36,865 bases of DNA from Pelomyxa schiedti (lineage: Eukaryota > Protista > Evosea), in the NCBI GenBank assembly GCA_020536535.1, contig JAHLWZ010000966.1, positions 1 to 36,865 on the forward strand, read 5' to 3'. Shown piece by piece: positions 11,779 to 21,629 of this stretch. Made by a program: the position numbers and the translations under genes. Within the stretch, counting starts at the first letter, position 1, and each line of letters opens with the position of its first letter. The notes beneath the pieces are model-generated. The model had not been told where the DNA came from. It made no database searches and saw only the letters and a program-made list of their open reading frames with translations.

Positions 11779-14772
11779 TCAGGAAGAGGATGACGGTGCA
11801 TCCGGGAGAGAGGTACTACTGCTTGTGCTTGTGTTTGCTGTAGTAGTTGACGTTGTGGTTGTAGTTGCAGTAGACGAATCCGTATTTGGACTGAGACTAG
11901 CGGAAGTGACTGCATGTAATTCCAGGGTTTTGCGCTGATGTGGCTTGTGTTTGAACTTTGGAGATGTGGGTTTCGTGGTGCGTGGGCTGGTGTTTGTCGT
12001 GCTTTGGTTCTTGGGGGATTGGGTGTGCTCGTCCGAGTGTTGCTTGTTCGAGTGCTTTTTCTTGGTTGACGGCGGCGAGGTGTTGTGTTTGGGTGACTTG
12101 CTGTGGTTGCTGCTGGATGCCGTCGAGTGTTCGTGCTTCTTCTTCTTCTTGCCTTTGGATTTGGATTTGGATTCATCACAGCTTTTGTGCTTCTTTGGGT
12201 GCTTTTGTTTTGGGTTTGTTGTGGTTGGGGTGGTACTTGAGGTTGTTGTGCATGTGGCCATAGAATTGTCTTCGGCTACAGTGTGGGTGGGTGTTTTTGT
12301 GCTTAAGGTCTTGATTAGTGCGTCAATGGATTTCCGAGGTTGAGTGATTGTGGGTGTTCGTGGGTGCGGTTTTTTATTTAGTGTTGATGTGTGTTCGAGA
12401 TTAATTTTATCTGTGGACAGTTAGGGATTTTGTAGTCGTGGGAATAATACCATGGAGTTTGATTGGGCAATAGCCCTTGATAAATGAAAGGACTTGTTCA
12501 TCAAGCCCAGCTAAGAGAGGTGAAAATAGCCAACTGTTTGTGTACAACTTACCCAAATTCAAGATAGGGCCGTAAATTGTGGGCTCAATTTCTCCTTTTA
12601 CAGGCTTCTACGAAAAAAATTAGTGCAACCATGTTAACATTAGTCCCATACCTTCGACGTGACAAGTTTGCAGCATGAAATTCCTCCGCCTTCATCAGGG
12701 CTGAGATACCCATCATCCACTACAAACTGCGTGGAATTAAGAAAGCTGAGCAGTCTTCATAACCCTCCAATAAAAAATGAGTACTGCTTTGTCATCAGGG
12801 GTTTCTTCAACATCAATCTCCTCTTCTTTGTCTTTGTTATCATCAGATGGAATGTCATCTGCATCTTTGACATCCTCGAACTCTACGCCACTGTCACAGT
12901 CATAGTCAAAAAGCTCGGGATCTTTGTTGAGTGGTTTTCTACCACTTATGACTTTGCTTGTCTTAGACCATGTGCCTCAGCAAAGGTCAGACAAAAAATA
13001 AGTTTTGCAAATAGAATACCTCTGTAAGGTGGCCGTACATTTTCGGAAAATAAGAACAACTTTAGGGCCATATTCAGAGGTGGTGAGCCTTGACTAATAT
13101 ACTGTACTTTGGGTGGTGTGATCACAGGAGGCTGCGCAACCACAGCAGGTTGCGCAACAGCTGGAGGATGTGGAGCAGTAGGTCCTTGTGGTTGGGCTGC
13201 TTTCATTTGTTTGAACTGCTCCATCAAGCTCTGTCGTATAGTGACAATATCCACATCTTAAAAGGAACAATAAATAGGGGAAAGGCAGGAAAGAAGAAAA
13301 GGTGGTTGTTAATTAATTATTTGTTCAGTATACCTTGAGCTTCTAGTGCAGACTCGAATTTTGCAAGGAAGTTGGGGTGCTCATCGGGCTGAGGCACTTT
13401 TTTCTCCTGTTTTTGTACGATGGCTACACAGGACTGTCAAAAAAATACTAAGTGAGAAGAGTCCTACGTTGAAAGAAACTTTTCATGAATTTCTGTTGTC
13501 TTTCAGCTTCTGTGGATGGCAACGTTTGTGTCCTGAATGTATTTTTAACTGGACAGGTTAGTAGTTGGAAAAAACATACTCCTTTTTATGGATGACTTTG
13601 GGTTGCTTCCCTGGTTTCCCCAGTTTTCCTCCCTGTATCTTTTTAAAAAAGAGAAAGACTTCGAGGACCTCGTACCACAGGAGATACATCAGGACCTGAA
13701 GGAGCCTTTCGTTTGATGGGTAAAGTTTTTGGTGACGAGTCCTTGCCATGTTTCGTGGTAGATGTGGCATCTGCATTGGCAGCAGTGTCAGACGTGCCAG
13801 GTGCTGCTTCCTCAAGATGAATACCGGCAGATGCAAGAGCATTGCTTGAAAGGCCAAGTGCAGATAGTGCAAGTACCCTTTCTTTTTCAGAGAGACCCAT
13901 TATTTCACTCAGGATCTGTCCAAGTGTCAACATTTCAATACAGACAGTCTTGACAAAGATAACGGTTATTAAACAAATGAAAAAGAGCCTACAGAAGCCA
14001 GCTTAGACTTGTCATGAGCTGCCCCAGTGCTTCCACCAGCCTCCCCGCCCTTGTCCTTCCCCTTGTCCTTATCCTTATCCTTGGCCCGCTTCCTCTTCCC
14101 TTTCTCCTTCTTCTTATCCTTGTCCTTGTCCTTGTCCTTCTCCTTCTCCTTCCCCTTGCCCTTCCCTTTGCCCTTCTCCTTCTTGTGCTTGTGCTTGTGC
14201 TTGCCCGCCGTCTTCCTCTCGCTCCCCCCCCCCTCTGCGCTCTCCCCCACGCTCGCGGGGGCGCGGCCCCTGGCAGCAGCACTGGCGGCTGCTGCTGCTG
14301 CTGCTGCGCTGGCGGATGCGCCGACGGGAACCACCGTGGCCGGCACCACCACGCTGACACTCGGGAGGCTCTGCAGCTCGTCCCGCATCACCGCCCGCGG
14401 GCACCCTCCCAGATCCGACCGCCGCCGGTGCGGCAGGTGCCTGGCCGCGGCTCCCGCCCCCGCTCCGGCCCCTGCGGAGGCCGCGCTGCTGCAGTCGCTC
14501 GGGGGGCTAGGGCTGCGGGCGGCACTGTGGGTGTGCGGGGAAGCTGTGAGCGAGGCCGACGGGAGCTCGTTGGAGACTACGGGCGGGGGCACGGGCATGG
14601 GCAACGAGACGGGTGGTGCGGGAATGAGGGCCGGGGTCGGTGTGCTTGCCGCGGAAGGGTTTGGGATTATGGGAGCAACGGACGTGGTGGTCGGTGGGGG
14701 GACGTCGTCGGCTTGGTGCGCGTTGCTGTCCGTGAAAACGACATCCGTGGTTCCCTCACCGATATCACCCAT
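11779..14772 (-). CDS. CHAF1A: Chromatin assembly factor 1 large subunit (p150/Cac1-like), multi-exon; start uncertain
   Basis: PIP box QKFMKSFF (about 13472-13495). CAF1A core LKLFLFSENVRPPYRG/TWSKTSKVISGRKPLNKDPELFDYDCDSGVEFED, then an acidic stretch and VVDDGYLSPDEG. Confidence 0.8.
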
Positions 14773-14974
14773 AAATCTGTTGGTTTCCTCAAGAGAGATG
14801 CAGCTTTTCCTCTGTGGGATCCCGACTTCCTGCGCCCCGGGTACTGGAGGAGTATCGTGGGAGCAGTCCCAGTTGGCATGAAGATCCGATTGTACCCGGC
14901 GGAGATCGGCTCCTCATTTGGGGCTTGATAGGAATATCAGACCAATCAAAATTGTATTGGGCTCGAAGCGCCGA

Positions 14975-15982
14975 ATGGCTTCGGTACCCGCCGATTTTTT
15001 GTACAAAAGTAGGAGACACCATTGACAACTCACTCCTTTTTCTAATTCTATGTTTGGAGTTGTGCTATTAGGAGACAGTGGAGTAGGAAAGAGTAATATT
15101 GTTGCCAGATTCAATAAGTCGGTTCTTTAGTCACTGTGCCACAAATCCATATCGCATTTCCAATCATAAATTAGAAATCAATTTAGCCTTGAGACTAGAA
15201 CCACCATTGGGGTGGATATTGCTAACAAAGAGATCACCCTTGATGGGAGTAAGATTTCTCTGCAGTTGTGGGATACAGGTAATGTCACCCTTTGATTCAT
15301 TAATCCTCAACTGATTTGATTCTCCTTGCCCCCCTTGTGTGTATAATAGCTGGGCAAGAGCGATTCCGTGCAATTTCACCTGCATACTATAGAGGAGCTG
15401 ATGCTGCTTTACTGGGTTATTTCTTCATTCCTCGATTATCAGTTTGCTGAATGGAATGCAGTTTATGACATCACGAAACGTGATTCCTTTGCTAGTATGA
15501 CCAGATGGTTAACCGAGCTGAAGTATGTCACTTAACATCCAGCAGTCTTTTCCCAACAATTGATACCTTTCCCAGGGAAAATGTTGACCACAGTCTCACT
15601 ATTGTTCTAATTGGAAATAAATCCGATTTGCATCACCTCCGGGAAGTTTCTATTGCGGAGGCACAAGCCCTTGCAGAGACAAACTCCTTACACTTCATGG
15701 AGACTTCTGGTAGAATGCCGCGAATATCTTCATCAGCAACCTAACAAATAAACGTAGCCAGGAATGCTGTAAATATCGAAGAAGTTTTTGTCCAGGTTAT
15801 TAAAGGTGTGCTGTATTCCTCATTTAGATATCCATTTGCGTAACCAAAAACAAAAACCAGCTCTCCAAGGGGCAAAACCCCTAAAAGGATCTTCAGAGAC
15901 TGCAGTGCGGTCCGGTGGATCCAATGTAGGCAAACCAAATACCAGTGGTTCAGATGACAAACCCTGCTGTTCTATTATGTAA
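14975..15982 (+). CDS. Rab GTPase, Rab11-like, multi-exon
   Basis: MASVPADFLYK/IVLLGDSGVGKS, TTIGVDI, LQLWDT/AGQERFRAISPAYYRGA, LIGNKSDL, FMETS/A, and a prenylation tail DKPCCSIM stop. Confidence 0.9.
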
Positions 15983-16066
15983 AAATTTAGCTATCTTCTT
16001 CGTTGTTATTTTTAAAAAGACCCTTCAACGTGCTTGAAATCAACAGGTAAAAACAAAACAAAAAAA

Positions 16067-17260
16067 ATGAGCGGACAAGGTGATGCGGCGGATAGTGCGA
16101 CACCGCGAGGGGGCGGGGAGGGCGACGCGGCGGCGCCGGTGCACCCGCTGTTGGCCCCACCGTCTCCCATAATCCCGGTGGCCACGGTCTCCTCGTCCTC
16201 ATCTGCTTCCTCTTCCTCGTCGTTGTCGTCGATGCACTCTGGCGACGCCTCGACCACGACGCCAAGAGGGATCCTCAAACGGGGGACGAGGAGCCGCCGG
16301 TGCGAGCGGCGGCGGGCCGCTTTCGCCGAAAGCGCGGCGGGTGACGAAGATAGCACGGCCACTACTTCCACTACTAGCACCACCTTCGCGTTCTCTTCTT
16401 CTTCTTCTTCCACTGATTCTGTGTCTGTTTCTATTTCTGGTGTTGGTGTTGGTTCTGGCTCTGCATGTGAAGCAGAGAGTGCCAAGGACGGCGGCGGAAT
16501 TGTGGAGGAGGATGCTGTGCACCACAAAGTACAAAAGCCGTGTGTACATGTTTGTACTCTTCTCTTATCTCTAAAACTCTTTTTTTTTTTCCCTAAAGCG
16601 TTACCTACATATTCTCCCTTCCGTCACATAATAATCTCAGTTTATAATGTTTGGTAAGAACTGTAGTTTGGAATGAAGAAAACCTGAGGATGTGCGAGGA
16701 ACAGAAGGACTCACATGATAAAATAACAGAGCCTAAGACTCCATACAATTTTTACTATGACCCCAGCGAAGACTTTGGTTCCTCCTCTAGTCAACGTTAC
16801 AATTCCCTAACCCTAGGTTGTATAGGTGAAGACTTGGAGGATTTTTCACTGGACCAGCATCACAGTGATCTCACAAAAGCTCTCGAAGGCGTGCAACAAC
16901 ACATTGACATACAAGAACACAGTGCGTCTCCAGTGCGATGGTCGTCGTCTTCAGAAGATGATGAATGTGGTAAACAAATCAATTCCCAACATACTCTAAT
17001 TTGGCATTTCCAAAATAGCTGAAGAGCGCTCGGCGAAGCGAAGGAGGTTTTATGAGCAGCGGAGATTACATTATGATGAATACCAGAAAGTAATGAAATT
17101 CAAGTCCGAGGGCCACCTTGAGGAGGAGACAGAAGACCAAGAAGAAGAGCAGGAAAATGAAGAGGATGTATACAACACTAACGATAATGAGACAATAACC
17201 ACAGAGAGTGACCCAGCTTCTACAGACACCACACTCCCAAAAACCACAAGTGACGAGTGA
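16067..17260 (+). CDS. PPP1R2: Protein phosphatase 1 inhibitor-2 family protein
   Basis: GILK (SILK) motif, VVWNEENL, KITEPKTPY and FYEQRRLHYDEY: the conserved inhibitor-2 motifs, in the expected order. Confidence 0.88.
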
Positions 17261-17416
17261 AATTGGAACACACTCACACTTAGCTGTTAAAAGTAAAATG
17301 AATAAAAGGCTATTGTACTTTTTTTTAGAGGCTTTTTTCCCTTATTAACGACACACTCTTTGTTGTTGAATTAGGAATTCCACCCAGGTAAATGAATGGC
17401 ACCAGGAAGGCACGGC

Positions 17417-18122
17417 CTACAGTGCGGCATACTGCTTAATTACAGCCTCCTGCTCAGCAGTCTCTATGGAATTCGGGCGCGAACGGCGGACCATTTGTAT
17501 TGCTTCAGGACCTTCTAGCCCAAGCAAGTGAACGAGGCAGCATGCCAAGAGGGTTCCAGTACGCCCAAGGCCTGCTGCACAATGTATGGCCACTTTCTAT
17601 TTTGTGTGTTGTGGGCCATTATGGTAAATCCCATTTTTGTGGGTATGGGTGAAAGTGAAGTGATAAAGGGTTGTGGTTAATGGCAAAGTAAGAGGAGGGG
17701 GAAGGAAGGTCTTATTTGAGGGAACCTGGTTTTTGCCCATGCATTCGTCCACAAATGCAATGATCTCTTGTATTTGGGCAATAGTGGGAGCAATCATATC
17801 CGGCTTTGAGAACAAAATGAGTACAACAAAAGGAGCGGGCAGCGCAAACATACGACATCAACGAATTTGTGGGTGATCCCTGGGGGCACAGGAACATTGA
17901 AAGAAGTCAGAGACACCACGTTGCTCACTCCCTAATTATGGGTAATTCATTGAATGACCCAACTAAACAAGCAATACCCAAAAAAAATAAAAGAAAACCC
18001 CTGACAAAAGACGGAAAAACCGCCACCTGTGACAACAACCAATCGAAATTCTCAGGGCGAGTTGGATAAGCCATTCCAGCCAACTCGGGAAGCACAAAAG
18101 AGAAGTTGTTTGGTTCCACCAT
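17417..18122 (-). CDS. Dual-specificity protein phosphatase, DUSP23-like
   Basis: MVEPNNFSFVLPELAGMAYP N-terminus, DMIAPT general-acid loop, catalytic HCAAGLGRTG, and VRRSRPNSIETAEQE. Stop TAG at 17417-17419. Confidence 0.88.
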
Positions 18123-18609
18123 CGTTACTTGTAACCAACCGTCGCTTGTTTTTTTTTTTTTTAATTAAACACCGGTTCGTTTTTTAAAAATCTTAACAAA
18201 TTCCGGGAAGAGATCGCGGAATCGTTTTCTCGATACCGGTGGCGTTGTCTTACAGTTGTTCGTTTTAGACAAGAGGCCTTGGGTTTGGTATCCCTGAAAA
18301 GAGTGGGTGCCTCAGTCTTCCGTGTGTCCTTGGGGAATCTGTTGTGGGCCAGTCGATCTGGAAGCCTTGAACGCGTGTACCTTTTTCATCTTGGAAGTTT
18401 GAAAGAGTGAAGGTCATGGATAAGCCATAGAACATCACTGTTCTTCAGGTGCAACTTCGGCCTGTGGAACGCTGAGAAACCACCATAAAAACCGAAAAAA
18501 AATAGAACAAACACAAAAACCCCCCAACATAAACAGACAAACAGCGTGGTGTTGTGTAAAAAAAAAATATTAATCCCAAAAGAAATAACACCAAAAACCC
18601 AACAACAAA

Positions 18610-20626
18610 ATGTTGAAGCACATACCAAACCGTTCGTTGTACGATGAGCTCAAGACAAAATTCCCTGGTTGTGACAACGTATGGAAGTGGTTCTTATCTC
18701 TAAACGAAAATCCTCGTCCTTCTGGACACACAGAGGTTTGTTGCCTTTAAGTTTCCTGGCTTGCCTATTAAAATGTTACGCTTGCTTTTTCAACTAGGCT
18801 GCTACCCATTGGATTGCCCAAATCGCAACAAGAATACACCCAGATGCTACAGTGAAAACTGATTCAGTGGGAAACGTCTGTTTGAGCATTCCGGCGTCCA
18901 AGTTGGCCACTCTCTGATAAGCTATTAAATGCTAACCACAGTAAAAGGGGAAAAGAGCACTTACCTGCAATTGTTCTTCAAACTCATTTGGACATGGTGC
19001 CAACAACTACTCGGCCGGGCTTCGACTTCACCCGTGACTTGATTGTAATGCTCCGCCTACTTTCTTCGTATTGCTTAATATTTTGGAAGGATATGTACCT
19101 TGAGGGAAACTTTCTCCGGGCACGGCAAACAACACTTGGGGCTGATGATGGCAGTGGAGTAGCTGTTACATTGGCTCTTGCAGAGGATCCAACCCTTGAC
19201 CATGCACCTTTGGAGGTTTATAGTGCGTGCTATTCTCGAAATTCTCATTTTTTGTGTATAGCTGCTTTTCACCGTTGATGAAGAAACTGGCCTTATCGGA
19301 GCCTGTGCATTGAAACAGGGAGAACTACTTACCGCGAAGGCAAAATACCTTATCAATGTGGATTCCGAAGAATTTGGAGAAATTTGCCTTAGCTGTGCAG
19401 GTTCGACAGTCTTCCCATTTCGCTCCATTTGACTGATTGTTGTGGTATAGGGGGAGCCAATCGTCACCTCAGATTCCCAATGCAGCGGTCTCCGCTTCCT
19501 GTGGGTTGGAAGTGTGCCAAAGTTAGCATCAATATGTTCAAAGGAGGGCACAGTGGTTGCGGTACCCAATACTTTGAAATAGTTAAAACTTATGTACCCA
19601 AAGATATTCATCTCGGACGTGCAAATGCAATCAAGTGGATAGCTTACATGCTCTCGGAAAATGCAAGTGCTATTCAAGGTATGATCCGCTTTCTTTATGT
19701 CTCTATTGTAAGATAGTGTACAGGCACACCTTTCCGTATCTGCTCGTTGAGTGGAGGCAATGCCCACAATGCAGTTCCTTCCCAAGCTGAAGTAGAGTTT
19801 GCTGTCCCAGAAGAGAAATACCACGATTTTATCAGTGGATTGACAACGATTTTTGATGCACTTATTGCCAGGTGAGAAAAGCGCTTTGGCACTCGGTAAT
19901 TAAGTAACAATGTCCCAAGGTGGAAACATGTAGAGACCAAACCACCCCAGCTTTTACTGGAAGGTGCCACATTCGACTACGCCCTTACATTCTCGTCTTC
20001 GCGAACGGCATGCAGGATACTGGAATGCATTCACCATGGTGTTTTCTCATGGAGTGAGCACATTGAAACTCTCGTAGAGACATCGCAGAGCTTGTCCATT
20101 GTCCGCATGGAGAGGGGCTGCAATGAGATGTTCGTTGTGGTATGGTTGAATGTTTTCACTTGTCATATGATCTTGACCTCCGCCAAGGTATTTGCCAGGT
20201 CATCACACCCTACCGCTCTTGGGCCTGTTCACAAAACTTTGGAGTCTATAACAGCTCTATATGGAGGAAGCATTGAAGTGCATGGAACTGGTTTGTACAA
20301 ACCCATTTAAACGCAACAGTATAACTAATGTATTCCAAAACAAAAAAGACCTTGCAGGTTGGCCTGCAGAGCCAAATTCCAAATTAGCACGCACAGCAGT
20401 AAGTGTTTTTAAAAGTACCTATAGCGCTGAGCCCAAAGTGACATCAATCCACGCTGGGCTGGAATGTGGTGTGATCATGTCCAAGTTTCCAGATAATGAC
20501 CTGGAAGCAATATCCGTTGGTCCCACCGTTCTGCACCCACATACAACAGACGAGGCCCTGGATGTTCCTTCCACATGCAAACTATACCACTACATGGTCA
20601 ACCTCATACAAGCCCTTTCCAATTAA
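18610..20626 (+). CDS. pepD: Aminoacyl-histidine (Xaa-His) dipeptidase, peptidase M20 PepD type, multi-exon
   Basis: PRPSGH, LQTHLDMV, TTLGADDGSG, FTVDEETGLIGA, INVDSEE, GGHSG/DIHLGRANAIK, SIHAGLECG and SVGPTVLHPHTTDE. Confidence 0.9.
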
Positions 20627-20771
20627 CACCTCTATTTGTTATTAAACCAAAACGGAAAAAAAAGAATGTAATTTGACAGGCAGTGGTTTATTAACAAAAC
20701 GCAGCTTTGGCGACAAACTCGTTTAACGGTTCCCTTGTGGAAGGGCGTTTTTTTTTTTTTTACTTTTTAAA

Positions 20772-20931
20772 GGGGCAGCGAAGATCGCTAACCCCAACGA
20801 GACAGAAATTGTGTACTAGGAATCCCCTTTCGGAGACCCATACAGATTCCTCACACTAGAGTGCGAAGTGCAAAAAATCCAGTACACCTCGCTCCCTTAT
20901 TGATCAGAGGAGGTGAGTACCAGGTAAGTAT
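20772..20931 (-). ncRNA. U1: U1 spliceosomal snRNA (canonical 5' end)
   Basis: 160 nt. 5' AUACUUACCUG; helix H GUACU/AGUAC; SL1 CACCUC-CUCU[GAUCAAUAAG]GGAG-C-GAGGUG; SL2 with loop UCGCACUCU; SL3 GGGUCUCC[GAAA]GGGGAUUC; Sm site AAUUUCUG; SL4 GGGGUUAGCG..CGCUGCCCC. Confidence 0.93.
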
Positions 20932-20985
20932 GAAGATTATTCTTCCATAGGCCCGCGGAAGGTCAAGGGGTCCTTCGACTGGGAA

Positions 20986-20993
20986 TTGTGGGA
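20986..20993 (-). promoter_or_regulatory. DUSE-like snRNA upstream element (TCCCACAA) of the canonical U1
   Basis: Matches the Dictyostelium element [A/T]CCCA[C/T]AA and starts 62 nt upstream of the U1 5' end at 20931. Confidence 0.8.
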
Positions 20994-21021
20994 CAAGAGA
21001 TCCCAAAGTTTTGGCTTTTCA

Positions 21022-21029
21022 ACCCATAA
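21022..21029 (+). promoter_or_regulatory. DUSE-like snRNA upstream element (ACCCATAA) of the variant U1
   Basis: Same consensus; starts 62 nt upstream of the variant U1 5' end at 21084. Confidence 0.8.
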
Positions 21030-21083
21030 TAGTCTCCAAAAAAACCCTGTACAAATCGCCGAACTTGACAAAATAACTCTTTC

Positions 21084-21244
21084 ATACATACCTGACTGTG
21101 CGCATCCTTGATCATCAAGGAGTGGTGCGCTGTTGTAAGCTTTCCATTTGCACTCTATGGGAGGCTTCGGCATGGATCTCCGAAAGGGGAGCCCAGCAGT
21201 GTAATTTTTGTTCAGCTGGAGCCTGCGTCTCTGTGCGCGACTCC
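21084..21244 (+). ncRNA. U1: Variant U1 snRNA (5' AUACAUACCUG)
   Basis: 161 nt. 5' AUACAUACCUG; helix H ACUGU/GCAGU; SL1 GCGCAUC-CUU[GAUCAUCAAG]GAG-U-GGUGCGC; SL2 AAGCUUUCCAU[UUGCACUCU]AUGGGAGGCUU; SL3 CUCC[GAAA]GGGG; Sm site AAUUUUUG; SL4 GGAG...CUCC. Confidence 0.9.
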
Positions 21245-21629
21245 TTAAATTAAAACACAAGAAAGATCGCAGAAATACTGGAAGTAGATCATTTTCACTT
21301 TCGGTTTCAGGTACGCAAGTACTGCACCCCAACGAACCGATGATACTTGGACACCTTGATGGAGAAGATGAACCCCGTTTGATTTCAGAGATTGGTAGCT
21401 CGGGTGTCTGGAACCTCAATCAGATTTCCGACTCGAACCTTCCACTTCGGACTCACCCATCTCTCTTTGGTAATATTCCAGGCATCAAGAAGGGCGAAAA
21501 AAACCAAGCACGCGTGATCGGTCCTTTCAACGCAATGGAAAACCGGCAGCGAAAAAAAATGTCCTTTTCGTTTTGTCCAACATTTTTAAGGAGTGTCTGT
21601 TGAAAGAATTCCCCCAAAACAAAGGAAAA

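Noticed and set aside
18958-18968. ACTTACCTG resembling a third U1 5' end
   Set aside because: Lies in pepD coding sequence (STLPAIVLQ), with no U1 stem-loops or Sm site.
20810-21215. Imperfect inverted repeat of about 120 nt suggesting a MITE or long hairpin RNA
   Set aside because: Fully explained by two divergently oriented U1 paralogues.
20937-21419. 160-aa minus-strand ORF
   Set aside because: Overlaps the variant U1 and its promoter in antisense, starts at TTG and has no recognisable motifs.
21425-21445. GGAAGGTTCGAGTC on the minus strand, resembling a Pol III B-box or RNase P CR-I
   Set aside because: No tRNA cloverleaf, A-box or complementary CR-V/P4 partner found.
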